A stretch of DNA of 64,000 nt from the human T2T-CHM13v2.0 reference genome, Homo sapiens: NCBI RefSeq assembly GCF_009914755.1, contig NC_060936.1. The stretch is one strand, 5' to 3'. The notes beneath the pieces are model-generated. The model did no database searches, was not told the DNA's origin, and saw only the letters and a list, made by a program, of their open reading frames with translations. Every line of letters begins with the position of its first letter. Positions within the stretch are counted from its first letter, which is position 1. The translations under genes and the position numbers were made by a program. Positions 11,830-31,790 of the stretch are shown here, piece after piece.

Positions 11830-14280
11830 TGTATGTTATCTGTCTCCAACCCAGGCATTTTTCCAAACTCCTGACTCATTTATCCAATTTCTACTTAGCA
11901 TTTCCATTTGGATTTCTTATAGATATCTCAATGTGAATTCTTTGGAGTCCTTTCAAACATCTATCTAAGGCTGCAGACTTCCATATTTCTATTGATGGAA
12001 CTCCATCATTCCAGACATTCAAATATTTTGAAATAATTCTTGACTTCCATTACATACTATATCTCGCCTTTCAGAAAGTTTTGTTTTCTGTATTTTCAAA
12101 GTATGCCCATAATCCCAAAACTTCTCACCCCTTCAACCCTAGCGCCTTGATTGAGCCACCATCATTACTTGCCTGAGTTACTATAATAGATTCCTACAGA
12201 TTCCCTGTTTCTATAATTATTCCTCTATAGTTCATCTTTTAAAAAAATAAAAATCCAGAGAGGTTATTTAAAATGATGTATCAGGTTAAATCAGTATTCT
12301 GCCCCAAATCCTCCCATGACTCCATATTTCACTCAGAGTAAAAATCTAAACTCCTACGAAGACCTGCTTGTCCCTGAGTGACCTTCCCCTGCTCATTTAC
12401 CCCTTTTGGTGCCAGGTCCTGATGTTTTACTTATTGCTCTTCAGCTGCATTGGATTCCTTTCTCTTCTTCAAACATATCAGGCATAATCTTGCCCCAAGG
12501 CTTTTGAACTGGCTGTATCTCTATTTGTATTTTCCTTCTGCGTATATGCATATAACTGACTCTCCCATGACCTTCGAGTCTTTGTCTATGTTTCACCTTT
12601 TCAGTAAGGCCTACCCCAGTCATTTTATTTGGAATTTCATTCTGTCCCATAAACACTCTGGATTCTATTTTCTAGTTCTATTTTTTCCTATAGCCTCTAA
12701 CATCAGCTAATAGCATATATTTTACTTCATCACAGAAAGTGATGTTCTTTTGAACAGCACTACTCTAGAATCTCCTATCAATAAAAAAAATTGAGTAACT
12801 CCCCTGAAGATTATATTCCTTTTTAGTCATCACCTTATTTATTTCTTCCCCTTAAAATACAGCTTTTTGGAAATAGTCTATGCCTATTATCCCAACATCT
12901 TTACCTCCCATTTCCTTCTCAACTTGAAATGATCTCCTTTTTCTAATGTGACATAACTACTTTTATTAAATTTATTCATGACTTCTCTGTAGCTAAGCTT
13001 AGTGGAAATTGTTCAGTTTCATCTATATTGGCCTCTTAGGGCTTTTTTGGAATTGATGTCCCCATCTTTTTGAAACATCTTCCCTTGGCTTTAGCGATGT
13101 GACATTCTGCCACCACTGTTCCTCAGTATGCTTTTCCAACTTCTTTTATGTCAATAAACTATTAAATACTATTGTTCCTCAGGGCTAAGAGCTCCTCTTT
13201 CTTGAATCTAGGCTTTAAAAATTCTCAATTTACATTTTATTCCTAGATTTAGTTTCCGTCTACATATGTAGGACTCTAATAGTTATATCTCCATTCAATA
13301 CAAGTCTTCTGATCATCTAAATCTCATATCCAATTTCCTCCAACCCTCTTCATTTGATGACTGCTTTACTATTACCTCATATTTCACACATACAAAATTG
13401 GACTCATCATCCCACCCTCTCTAAACTGCTCCTCTTCCAAGATTATCTTTCCAGATGATGACACTGCAGTGCACCCATCTGCTTAGTCTAGAAACCTTTA
13501 TCTTTATTTCCACATTCAGTGTATTCAGTTCTGCTGGTTTCAGCTACTAAATATTTCTGAAATTTGGAAGCTTTTCACCAGCTCCACAGTGAGCATCCTA
13601 ATCAAAATTCCGTATCTTCCCTAGAATTATTCAACAGCATGACTCCCGGCATCCAATAGCCTCCTCTCTCCAATGCACACACAGACACACACATAAACAC
13701 ACACACACACCCCACACTGCAGCCAGAGTGCTGTCTTTGAAATGCAAGTTGTATCATGCTTACAACCTTCAATGATTTATCATTCACTTTAGAATAAAGT
13801 TCACAATTCCTACTCCATAAATAACCTTTCCCTTGCCTACATATCAAGACTTTATTATAAGTTTTCCCCCTTCTTCACTTGGATCTAATACCTCTTCTTT
13901 CAACCATCTTTTAGTTCCTGGAATAACACAAGCTTATTCCCAGGTGTGTTACTCGAATAAAATACTACTGTTTAAATTAATCTTCCCAACACTTCTTCAT
14001 ATGATTAAATCTTACCTGTCCTTCACATCTTTCCTTAACTATCACTTCACAGAAATATTCTCCGACTCTGCAAATAGGTAATATCTTCTAATTATGCCTT
14101 CTCATTTCATCTTGTGCTTCTACTTCACGCAATTTTAAATAAACAGTTATTTAATTATATATTTTTATTATATACCTGTCTTCTAGATAGAGGGTAGGAT
14201 TACTTTTATCTAGTTCATTTACTTTTGACCTAATACTGTTAAATAGCCACTTCATAAACACGTATTAAATAAGTGCAAAA
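11830..14280 (+). mobile_element. L2 LINE fragments (at least two pieces), highly decayed
   Basis: Pyrimidine-rich L2 3' motifs (atttccatttggat...tatctcaa; ccaccatcattacttgcctg; gagtaaaaatctaaactcct); boundaries approximate. Confidence 0.65.
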
Positions 14281-14323
14281 ATAAATAATTAAATAAATGT
14301 GTTTATCTTTGTCCAGAAATTAC

Positions 14324-14644
14324 CTGAGCAGATCAAACTTGCTTCCATATTTAAATGACACGCAGTCTGTTTCCACTCCCATCGTATACAATCCCAGAGA
14401 GAGGCTTCCCCTCCAGTGCAGCCAGAATTCGACATTAAGATGTGTAATGTTCTTTCTGTGAAATGAGGCTCTCTGGAGACCCTGATTGCAGACCCACATT
14501 CAAGTTGCCTGCAAACAACTTCAGCAATGTTCATTCCCCAGCCATTAGCACACAGAATTCCCACGGCACCCTGGACATTCACCTCAACTTTTCCAGCACA
14601 CCTGCTGCTTCCACCCACAAGCCTCAGCTCCATATCCGATGCAT
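14324..14644 (-). CDS. CD163L1: CD163L1 exon, SRCR domain 7 (DASDMELRLVGG...EASLICS), 321 nt
   Basis: ttcag acceptor, G|gtaatt donor, 8-Cys SRCR. Confidence 0.97.
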
Positions 14645-15227
14645 CTGAAACCAAATACCACAATGATTTTAGAGAAGCACTCTATGTGAGACATTAAAGA
14701 TTCTTATCCATTCCTGTACACTAACATAGACCAGTGGCCAAAAGTTGAGAGATTGTTTAGGTCCCGGCTTCACCAGTGTTTAATTTTATTTTTTACTTTC
14801 CTTCAAACTTAATTTTCCTTTTTATTGGATAAAAAATAAAATAACAAAAGTACACCAAGGTATGTTTCAATCCATGAACATTTCTGGCTTACAAAGCAAG
14901 GATATAGTTTTACTTACAAAATCTTATCAGAGACTTAGGATAAAAAATAGTGTTACTTAATGGCCCTAATTCTTGCCTGAATATTTGAAGAATTACATAT
15001 TACATGTTAGATACTAAAGAGAATGTTAGGAAGAGGTGATATAATTTAATGAAAAGTCAAGGAAAAACTGCATAGGGCTGTGATATTACCAAATCCAGAA
15101 AAATGGAGAAACTTGCCTATTAGTGATGCCAAATGAAGTAATTCTAAAAAGAAATTGGAGCTCGGGAAAAGAAAACACAAAATTCACTGTATGTGAGAAG
15201 AGGAGTAGGTAAGTTTTTTTTTTTTTA

Positions 15228-16137
15228 ATGAAAAATGCTCATCATCACTAATGATCAGGAAAATGCAAATCAAAACCACAATGCAATGCCACTTTACTCC
15301 TGCAAGAATGGCCATAACCAAAAAATCAAAAAAGAATAGAGTTTTCATGGATGCAGTGGAAAGGGAACACTTCTACACTGCTGGTGGGAATGTAACTAGT
15401 ACAACCGCTATGAAAAACAGTGGAGATTCTTTAAAGAACTAAAAGCAGAGCTACCATTTGATCCAGCAATCCCACTACTAGGTATCTACCCAGAGGAAAA
15501 TAAGTCATTATCTGAAAAAGATACTTGCACACGCATGTTTATAGCAGCATAAATCGCAATTGCAAAAATATGGAACCAGCCCAAATGCCCATCAATCAAC
15601 AAGTGGATAAAGAAACTGTGGTGTGTGTGTGTGTGTGTGTATACACATATACATACATATATGTATGTATACACGTATACATACATGTATGTGTGTATAC
15701 GCGTATACATACATGTATGTGTGTATATGCGTATACACACATGTATGTGTGTATATATATACACATGATGGAATACTACTCAGCCATAAAGAGGAATGAA
15801 TTAATGGCATTCACAGCAACATGGATGGAATTGAAGACTATTATTCTAAGTGAAGTAACTCAGGAATGGAAAACCAAATATTGTATGTTCTCACTCATAA
15901 GTGGGGGGCTAAGCTATGACGATGCAAAGACATAAGAATAATACAATGGACTTTGAGGACTCAGGGGAAAGGGTACGAGGGGTTTGAGGAAGAAAAGACT
16001 ACAAATTGGGTTCAGTGTATACTGCTTGGGTGATGAGTGCATCAAAATCTCACAAATCAAAACTAAAGAACTTACTCATGTAACTATTACCATCTGTTCC
16101 CTAAAAACCTATGGAAATAAAAAACTTTTTAAAAAAT
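15228..16137 (+). mobile_element. L1PB 3' fragment with internal (TG)n/(TA/CA) microsatellite at about 15620-15765
   Basis: [17 protein letters not shown] remnant; L1PB-type 3'UTR (gctaagctatg...actaaagaacttactcatgtaac). Confidence 0.9.
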
Positions 16138-19100
16138 AGGAAACGAAGAATTAAATCAGAAATTAATTCTGAGCCTAATTGAAAGAGTCAGCTTTTGAAG
16201 GAAATTTTTAGCAGTATTGACATAAAATGAAATGAATCTCATTCTAGAAAGGTTACTTTATCTTTTTAGGGCAGTTTGGTAGCTTTGAGTGTGCTGTGGC
16301 ATAGTCTGTGAAACACAAATAATATTGCCTACTAATTTGAGAATATATCTAATTATATAACAATGTAATACTTCTTTATCTAATTAAAAACTATAAATGG
16401 TATCAGCTTCTTTTCTATTGTTTTAGTTAAAAATAAAAATTCACATTATTAAATGTCTATGTGATATCATACTATTTTTCTACTTTATATACTAAATTAT
16501 ATTAATAGGTTTATTAACTGCCTAATGTTGACAGATCTGACATGTCAGAAAATCAACTCTGACTTTGACCAGATCAAACCTGACCAAGTTACTTCCTATT
16601 GGCCTTGAGAAGAAGAAAAATATAATTAACGTGGTCTAGAGGACCTGGAAAGTCTGTCCTTTCCTATCACTTCAGTCCCACTTCCTGCCACTTATAAAAC
16701 AGCTGAATGAAATTTTACTACATTGGTTATTTTGATATAATCTTGTGTAGATATGAGATGATTCTCTAAATAAAACTCCCATTCAGCAGAAAAATAGAGT
16801 TGTAATGTATTTCCATTTTAAGCCTATTTGTTACTCTGTGTCTTTGGAGCTCAGTGACAGGGTTTGTGAAACATGAGTCAAGATCTGTTTGTAATTGGCA
16901 GGAGTTTCAAAACAATAATCATGTGAGGGTGGTAGATCAGTCTTAGCAACTTTACCATAAAAGTAAAAAGAAATTTTTTTAAATGGGGTTTATTTTAGAT
17001 ACTGACGTTTAGAGAGCTATAATTTTGTGTGTGGTGGTGGGGAGGGTGGGGAGAATAAACATATATATCTTGTAGGAATCTCTATCAAAATTGAGATTCC
17101 CTGAAAAGGTGTCTAGAAACAGATGAACTTTCTTCATTAAATGAACTACTCTAAATATAAGGGAAAAACATATTTCACTGCTTTGTAGCAACATATTCCA
17201 CTCTGAGAGAGAGTCTTAGGTGGAAAAACAGTTGCTGTAGGTGATTCAGCATAAAAAGGTGACATCATATTGACTTTTAGGTTTTTCTGAATTAAAAAAA
17301 TATATATTTATATGTAATTGTTTTATATACATAATTATATATTTATATATAATGGTTTTATATAGAATTGTTTATATATAATTGTTTTATATATATAATT
17401 ATTTTAAATATATATATACACACATAGAGATATATATATAATTCTCAATATGTAAAACAATTATTACCAATAAGAAAGTCTGTAGTTTACAATACAGATA
17501 CAAGGACAGAGAAGAAAGGTGTGGGTAGTTTCTATGGATTGGAGTTGGGTCCCGTGTTCAGGAATCCTCAACTCTCTTATTGAAAGACACATTGATATTC
17601 ATGATTATGGAGAGAAGAACTTTCCCTTAAAAGAGAATAGCTCAAGGGGGAGGCTTCAAGACGGCTACTAGAGGCACCCAACACTCACCACCAAAAACGA
17701 TCAAAACAGCAAGTAGATAATTTCACAACGAATAGTGTCTAAGATAGAACACTGGAATCCAGCAGGGAAGTGATAGGGAACAGATCCTTCTGAGGCACAG
17801 AGAGAGAAAGAAGTGAAGCAATTGTCTGGCTAGGATTGACTGGAAGCCTGGTATGGATCCCCACTGTAGAAAAAGAATAAATGAGAGATTCCTAGCAGTC
17901 CACATTCCCACTGTGGGCCCTTGCAATCCTAGCCATGGGAGAGCCCCTCAGCTTCTGTGGGCTCTGAGACTAGTACAGGGAGCTGCCTAGAGTTTGCACA
18001 ATAGCGTTGTTCCAGAGGGGGAGTTTGTGCTGGGTCCTACATCCCAATCCCCAACCCCAAGACCCAGGTAACTCCAGCATGGCACCATTTTGAGAGTCCA
18101 GCTCCCACAAGATTGCATCCTGTCCTGGGCCCCAGTAAGCCCTACATCTCTACATGTCTAGAGCCCCACTGATAACCTCCCTTATCCATCTGGAGGGCTG
18201 CAGTGGTGCCATGCTGGCTGGACTGGCAGTGTGTCTAGGTCCCCAGCCATCTATTCCACACAGTGTCTGATGTACTGGGAAATGGGTAGTTCACAGAGGA
18301 GTGTTCCCCCATGATAAAGAGAGCTGAAGCATCTCCCCAGAGCCTGAGAGCCACCTGTCTGGGGTCACTATCACTGATAGCAACCCCACTTCCTCGCAGC
18401 AGCAGGGACACTGTGCACTTTCATGAGCCTTCAGTGAGCCTGAAAATGGCTTGCCAGGATGCCATACAAGGACCTACATGGAGGTTTGCCCCACCTGCTA
18501 CCACCTAAGCATGCCACCCAAAGGTCTGGAAATTGCCCTATTCCACTCACCATAGTCTGTCCCTGTGTGCAACATCAGTAGCCTTGAGGACAGACCTGCA
18601 CTGCTGGGTGCCACCACTACCTCCAGCACCCACCTACATGTGCCACCTGGGGGCCTGGAGAATTGCCTGCCCAGCACTGCTAGCACCAGTGTATACCGGC
18701 TGGGAACCTGACAGTTGGCCTGACACCACTACTGCTATTGGTGACACCAGTCATGTTACCTAGGGGCCTGAGAACTTTCCCACCTGCCTAACTCAATGCT
18801 GCCACTGCTGGTAGATAAGCAAGCCACCTGGAAGCCCAAGAATTGACCCACCTAGATCAACTCACATTGGTGCTTGCATATGCCACCTAGGGTCCCATGG
18901 ACAGTCATGGTCAGCCTGCTGCTACCACCACCACTGAGGCTCAAGGACTGGCTTGTCTGATGTCCTTATTCCTAGCAAAGCTTCACAACAGCCTTAACTA
19001 ATAGCCACAGTCTAAGCCAAAGAGGAAATCCCAGACACTCTTCACACTGATTATCACTGAAGAAATCATGGAGATTACACTATAGCATGCACCCAGGATC

Positions 19101-22100
19101 AAAGATAAACTGCCCTACCCAACCAACACTATAGCTATATCTACAACAAAAAGTTTTCCTCTATGAAAGCCAACCCCAAAATATGAAAGCAACGATTTTA
19201 TACCAGATGCACAGATATCAATGTAAGGACACAAGAAACATAAAAAGGCAAGGAAACATGACACCTTCAAAGGAACACAATAATTTCTGCAGCACCACAT
19301 TTCAGCAAAAAGAAAATGGATGAACTGCCTGAAAATAATTTTAAATAATGTTATTAAAGAATTTCAGTGAAACACACAAAAAAACACAGATAAATAATAC
19401 AAATAAATTAGAAAAACAATTTAGGATGTTAATGAGAAATTCAACAAAGAAATATCATAAAAAAGAAACAAACAGAAATCATGGAATGAAATAATTCAAT
19501 GAAAAACATAAAAAAAATCAAATAAAGCAGAAGAAAGAACTGCAGAACTTGAAGATAAATCTTTGAAATAACCTAGTAAAAGAAAAAGAAAGAAATTTTT
19601 TTTCAATTAAAAAACCTTTGCAACACATGGGACACCATAAGGTGACCAAATACTTGGATTCTGGGTGTTCCAGAAGGAGAAGAGATGGACAATGGCATAG
19701 AAAACTTATTTAATAAAATAATAGCTGAAACTTTCCAGGTTTTAAAAGATACTTAGATATCCAGATACAAGAAGCTGAAAGATCTCCAAATTGATACACC
19801 TCCTCCCACAAAATGTATTCTCCAAGGCACATTATACTCAAACTGTGAAAAGCCCAAGATAAAAAAATAATTTTAAATACAAGAAAAAGATGGCCACTCA
19901 TGTGTGCAAGGAAACCCAGATCAGATGAATGGGGATTTCCCAGCAGAAATCTTACAGGCCAGGAAAGAAAGGTATGGTGTATTCAAAGTGCTAAAAGAAA
20001 AAAATGCCAGCCTAAAATATAATACCCAGCAAAGTTACCCTTCAAAAATGAAGGAGATATAAGGTCTTTCCCAGATAAGCAAAAAATGAGGAAATTCATC
20101 ACCACTAGATTGGTCATACAAGAAACACTTAAGGAAATCTATATCTGGAAGTGTATATCATCATGAAAGCACATGAAAGTATAAAACTAAGCAGACAAAT
20201 GAGAAAAAAAGGACCCAAATGTTACCACCATAGAAAACCACAAAACAGCAATAATAAATAATGAGAGAAGAAAATAAAGGATATATAAAACAACAAAAAA
20301 CAGTGAATATAATGACAGAAATAAGTCCTCACCTATCAACAATAACCTTGAATGTAAATGAATTAAATTGTCCACTTAAAAGATATAGATTGGCTGAATG
20401 GATTAAAAAAAACAATGACCCAAATATATGCTTCCTAGAAGAAACTGACTTCAACTGTGAAAACAGACATAGACTGAAAGTGAAGGGATGGAAAAAGATA
20501 TTCCATGTAAATGAAAACCAACAGCAAGTAGAAAAGTAGAAATAGCTATATTTATATCAGATAAAGTGAACTTTAAGTTAAAAACTGTAAAAAAAAAAAA
20601 AGACAATCATCATATAAAGATAAATTGATCAATTTATTAAGAGGCTATAACAATTCTAAATACATATACACCCAACAATGAAGCACTCAGACATATAAAG
20701 CAAATATTATTAGACCTGAAGGGAGAGAGTGACTCAATTACAATAATAGTTGGCACTTCAACTATTCATCTCAATATTGAACATATCATCTAGACAGAAA
20801 ACCAATAAAGAAACATCAGATAGAAACTAGACTTTAGACCAAATATACCTAATGGACATTTACAGACTGTTTCACTCAACAGCTGTAGAATATACATTCT
20901 TTAAATCAGCACATAAAACGTTTTCCAGAATAGACCATATTCAAGGCCACAAAACAAGTCTCAACAAATTTTTAAAAATTACAATTATATAAAGTATCTT
21001 ATCAGACCACAGTGGAATAAAATTGGAAATCAACGACAAGATAAATTTTGGAAACTGTAAAAATACATGGGAATTAAACATGTTCCTGAATGATCATTGA
21101 GTTAATTAAAAAATTAAGAAGGAAATGAAAATATTTCTTGAAACAAATGAAAATAGAAACACAACATACCAAAGCCTATGGGATACACCAATAGCACAGT
21201 TAAGAAGGCATTTATAATAAAAAAAGCAAAAAAGTAGAAAGATTTCAAATAAACAATCTAATGATGTATCACAACACACTAGAAAAGCAAGACCAAACCA
21301 AACCCAAAATGTGTAGGAAGAAAGAAGTAATATAGATCAGAGCAGAATTAAGCAAAATAGAGCCTAAAAGCCAGTACAATCAATGAAACAAAAAGTTGAC
21401 TTTTTGAAAAGATCAAACTTTTGCTAAAAGAAGAGTGAAGATTCAAATAAAAATCACAAACAAAAAGAGAAACATTACAACTGATAACACAGAAATACAA
21501 AAGATTATAAGAGCCAAATATGAGCAACGATACACTCACAAACTGGTAAATCTAGAAGAAAGGATAAATTCCTGTACACATACGATCTGCCCAAGATTAA
21601 TCAAGGAAGAAATAGGAATCCTGAACAGATCAATCATGAGTAATTAGATTAAATCAATAATGAAAAGTCTCCAGACAAAGGAAACCCCAGGACTAGATGG
21701 CTTTACTGCTGACTTCTATCAAACTAATAAAGAAAATCTAACATCAATTCTTTTCAAACTATTCCAAAAAAATCAAAGAGGAGGGCATTCTTCCTAACTC
21801 ATCCTAGGAGGCCAGTATTACCCTGATACCAAAACCAGAAAAGGAAGCAACAGAAAGAGAAAAATACAGGCCAATATCCTTGATGAACATAGATATAAAA
21901 ACCCTCAACAAAATACCAGCAAGCCAAATCCGTCAACATATCAAAAAAAAAAAAAAAAAACAGTATAGTCAAGTGGGATTTAGTCCAGGCATGCAAGGAT
22001 GATTGAACATATGCAAATCAATAAAAGTGATACATTATATCAACAGAATGAATGACAAAAACCATATGATCACCTCAATAAATGTAGAAAAAGCATTTGA

Positions 22101-22748
22101 TAAAATTCAACATCCCTTCATAATAAAAACTCTCAACAAACTAGGCATAGAAGGAACATACCTCAACATGAGAAAGGCCATATAGGACAAGCCTACAACT
22201 AACAATATAATGAATGGGGAAAAGTTTAAAGTCTTACCTATAAGAACTGGAAAAAGACAAGGATGCCCACTTTCACCACTGTTATTTAACATAGTACTGG
22301 AAGTCCTAGCCAGAGCAATCAGACAAGACAAAGAAATAAAAGTCATCCAAATCAGAAAAGAGAAAGTCAAATTGTCCATCTTTGCAGATGACATAATTGA
22401 ATATTTAGAAAAACCTTAAGACTCCATAAAAATCTCTTAGAACTAATAAACAAATTCAGCAAAGTTACAGCATACAAAATCAACATACAAAAGTGAGTAG
22501 CATTTCTATACACCAATAACAAACTACTGAGAAAGACACCAAGAAGGCAATCTCATTTGCAAGAGCCACAAGAAAGAATAAAATAAAATATCTAGGAATA
22601 CATTTAACCAAGGAGGTGAAAGACTTCTATGATGAAAATTACAAAACATTGATGAATGCAATTAAGGAAGACACAAACAAATGAAATGAAGAGACATCTC
22701 GTGCTTTTTGATTGGAAGAATTAATATTATTAAAATGATCATACTACA

Positions 22749-23135
22749 TGATATAGTTTGGATGTTTGCCCCTCCAAATCTCATGTTGAAATTTGATTCT
22801 CAATGTCAGAGGTGAGGTCTAATGGGCAGTGTTTGCCTCCTGGTGGTGGATTGCTCATAATTGACTTGGGGCCATCCTTTTGATAATGAGTGAGTTGTTG
22901 CTCTATTAGTTCTCTTGATATCTGGCTGTTAAAAAGAGCCTGGTACCTCCTCTTCTCTCATCATGTGATGCTGGCTCCCCTTCCCCTTTTGCCATGCTAC
23001 CTGAGGACCTCACCAGAGGCAGAGGCTGATGCCATGCTTGTTCAGTATTCAGACTGTGAGCCAAATAAACCTCTTTTCTTTATAAATTACCCAGCCTCGA
23101 GTATTCCTTTATAGCAATGCAAATGTACTAAGACA
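22749..23135. mobile_element. MST-type MaLR solo LTR inserted in L1 ORF2
   Basis: tgatatagtttggatg...ctaagaca; TSD ctaca/ctacc. Confidence 0.88.
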
Positions 23136-23726
23136 CTACCCAGAACCTGAATAACCACAGCAACCCCAAGCAAGAAGAATAAATCTTGAGGCACATCATA
23201 CTATCTACCTTCAAAATACACTACAAAGCTACAGTAACCAAAACAGCCTGCTATTGGTATGAAACAGACACATGGACAAATTAAACAGAATAGAGAACCT
23301 AGAAATAAGTCCATGTATTTGTAGCTGACTGATTTTTGACAAAGGCACCAAGAACATACATTGAGAGAAGGATCCCTCTTCAACAAATGATGCTGGGAAG
23401 ACTGGATATCCACATGAAGAATGAAACCATACCCCTCTCTCACCATACATAAAAATCAAAGGAAAATGGATTAAATACTTAAATGTAACACATCAACCTA
23501 TAAAACTACTAGAAGAAAACATTGGGAAAATACTCCAAGACATTGGTGGGCAAATATTTTATAGCTAACATTTCAAAAACACAGGCATCAAAACGAAAAG
23601 GAGACAAACTTTTAGACAAACTAAAAAGCTTCTACACAGCAAAGGGAACAATTAACAGAGTGAAAAGACATCCTGTTGAATAGGAGAAAGTATTTGCAAA
23701 CAAACTCTTCATCTAACAGAGTGCTA

Positions 23727-24172
<446 letters not shown>

Positions 24173-24250
24173 CTAAAAATAGAACTTAATCATATGACCC
24201 AGAAATCCTATTTATCCAAAGGAAAGGAAATCAGTACACCAAAGGAATAC

Positions 24251-25179
24251 CTCCATGTTGTTGCAAATCATTGAATCTCATTCTTTTTTGTCTGAATAGT
24301 ACTCCTTTGTGTATATGTACCACATTTTCCTTAACCATTCATCTGTTGATGGACACTTAGATTGCTTCCAAATCTTAGCAATTGTAAACAGTGCTGCAAC
24401 AAACATAGGAGTGCAGATATCTCTTTGATACATAGATTTCCTTTTTGGGGGTATATACCCAGCAATAGGATTGCTGAATCACATGGTAGCCCAATTTTTA
24501 GTTTTGTGAGGAACCTCCAAACTGTTCCCCACAGTGGTTGTACTAATTTACATTCTCACCAACAGTGTTCAAGGGTTCCCTTTTCTCCACATCCTCACCA
24601 ACATTTGTTATTGCCTGTCTTTTGGACACAAACCATTTAACTGGGGTAATATGATATCTCATTGTATTTTTGATTTGCACTTCTCTGATGATCAATGATG
24701 TTGAGCACTTTTTCATATGCCTATTATGTTAAGTGAAACAAGCCAGGTACAGGAAGGCAAACATCGCATGCTCTCACTTATTTCTGGGATCTAAAAATCA
24801 AAACAATTGAACTCATGGACATAGAGAGTAGAAGGATGTTTATCAGAGGCTGGGAAGGGTAATGGGGGGCTGGAGAGAAGGTGGCAATGGTGAATGTTTA
24901 AAAAAAACAGAAAAAATGAATAATACCTACTATTGATAGCACAATAGGGTGACTATAGTCAATAATAACTTAATTGTATATTTTTAAATAAGTTAAAGAA
25001 TGTAATTGGATTGCTTGTAACACAAAGGATAAATGCTTGAGGGGATGGAAACCCCATTCTCCTCAGTGTGCTTATTTCACATTGCACACCTGTATCAGAA
25101 TGTCTCGTGTACTCCATAAATATCTATACCTAGCATGTACCCACAGACATTTTTAAAAATAATTTAAAAAATTAAAAAA
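24251..25179 (+). mobile_element. 5'-inverted (twin-primed) L1MA 3' insertion: about 24251-24722 minus, 24723-25179 plus
   Basis: Adjacent L1 segments in opposite orientation; flanking repeat caaaggaata at 24240-24249 and 25180-25189. Confidence 0.8.
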
Positions 25180-26303
25180 CAAAGGAATAAATGTACCCCC
25201 TTGTTTGTTGCAGCACTATTCACAATAGCCATGATATGAAATCAACCTAAGTGTCCATCAAAGGATGAATGAATAATTAAACATTTTATATATATATATT
25301 TATATATATATATATATATATATGCACACACACAATGGAATACTATTCAGTCCTAAAAAAGAATGAAATCTTACTATTTGCAGCAACAGGGATGGCTTGG
25401 ATGACATTATGTTATGCAGAATAAGCCAGGCATGGAAAGACAAATATCACAAGTTCTCACTCATATACGGGAGCTAAAAAAGTCATCTCATGGAGACAGA
25501 GAGTAAATGATAGTTACCAGAGGCTGGGAAGGGTGTGCGTGTGGTGGGCGGGCAGGATGAAGACAGGTAGGTTAATAGGTACAAACATACAGTTAAACAG
25601 AAGGAATAAATTCTAGTGTTCAATAGCACAGTAGGGTGACTATAGTTAAAAAACAATATATTGTATATTTTTAAATAGCTAGAAGAGAAGATTTGAAATG
25701 TTATCAACACAAAGAAATGAGAAATATTTGAGGAGAAGGATATCCTAAATACCCTGAGTTGATCATTTACACTCATGCAGCATTCCATGCTTGAGTTAAA
25801 ATGTCACATGTACCCCATAAATACGTACACATATTATAGATCAGTAAAAATAATAAGAGAATAGTGCATTGGAAGAACAAGCTTCCAGAAAACAACAGGT
25901 AAAATTCAAATTGGAAGATCTTCTCTGAAGAAAGATTGTGATAATTTGTAAATGATAACTCTACGTCTACCTACATTAAAAGGGAGAATAGAATTATGAA
26001 AATTTAAAAGGAAAATTTCAAGTCTATATCAGAGCTTAATGATTCTTTAAAATATAATTTAATATCTTATTCATTCATCTTAGAAAAGAATGTATAGACT
26101 AAGGAATAAATATGTTGAAAACAAGGAAGCCCAAAGACCAATGATGTATCTGAGTCAGGGAGTCCAACTCTTTTAAAATTGTACTACATGGGTGGTTGTA
26201 TATCAAATTTTTCTTTGCACCATTTTAAAGTTGTCTAATAAAAACTTTGGTCTTAGAGAAGGAATCTACAAGGCAGTTCTTGACATCTTTAAAATTATAT
26301 AAA

Positions 26304-30940
<4,637 letters not shown>

Positions 30941-31434
30941 AAAATTATATAAACCATAAACCCAGACCTCTGGATGAAGTTTATTTGTTCTAATGCTATT
31001 GGATTTATCTTACATAAATAAGTCTTTCAGGTAACAATGAGTATTTGAGTCATCTTGGGTACCAATTTTTGAGAGACTGGGTGATTCAACACAAGGGTTT
31101 ATTTATTTAAATAAATAACTGAATTCTCATTATTTTTTCCTAAACTATTTGACTATGGATAATGTCTTTTTGTAGAATTGTATTGACTAGTGGTTTGATG
31201 AAACTAACTTTGGGAAAATTTGGGTAGATATCAGAAAATGAAGTTTCATTTCTTGAGAAAACAGTTTTGATCCCATAGAAAGATATTAAAAATGAATGAG
31301 AATATGAGGTATGGTTAGCTCTAAAAAAGTGAGCAATGAGCACTCGGTCATAAATGTACTGACTAAGAAGAAAGAAGGTATGTTAGAGAACCCAGGCAGT
31401 TTCTTTTAAGGAAGCCCTGGTTTGGGTATCTTAC

Positions 31435-31755
31435 CAGAACAGATCACTCCAACATCTTCACTGTGACTGCAGTCATTATTTCCCCACCCACTGTTCCTGC
31501 ATGACCAGAGATCTGACTCATCTCCATCACAGGAAACATCATCGAGCCAAATTTTTCCATATCCTGTAGAAGCGTTTCCCAGACCCATGCCAATGATAGA
31601 AGATGGGCAGTCCAGCTGGCTACACACCACAGCTGCAGCTTTACTGTTCCAGCCGTCATCACACACTGTGCCCCACCGTCCTTGAAAGTACACCTCCAGT
31701 CTTCCCGAGCAGCGGTTGCTGCCGCCCACCAGCCTCAGGCCCCATGTTGCATCAC
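31435..31755 (-). CDS. CD163L1: CD163L1 exon, SRCR domain 6 ([12 protein letters not shown]...DVGVICS), 321 nt
   Basis: tgcag acceptor, G|gtaaga donor, WGTVCDDGW and IWLDDVSC motifs. Confidence 0.97.
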
Positions 31756-31790
31756 CTGCACCAAGAACAATGAAGCAAGTAGTTAATGGG

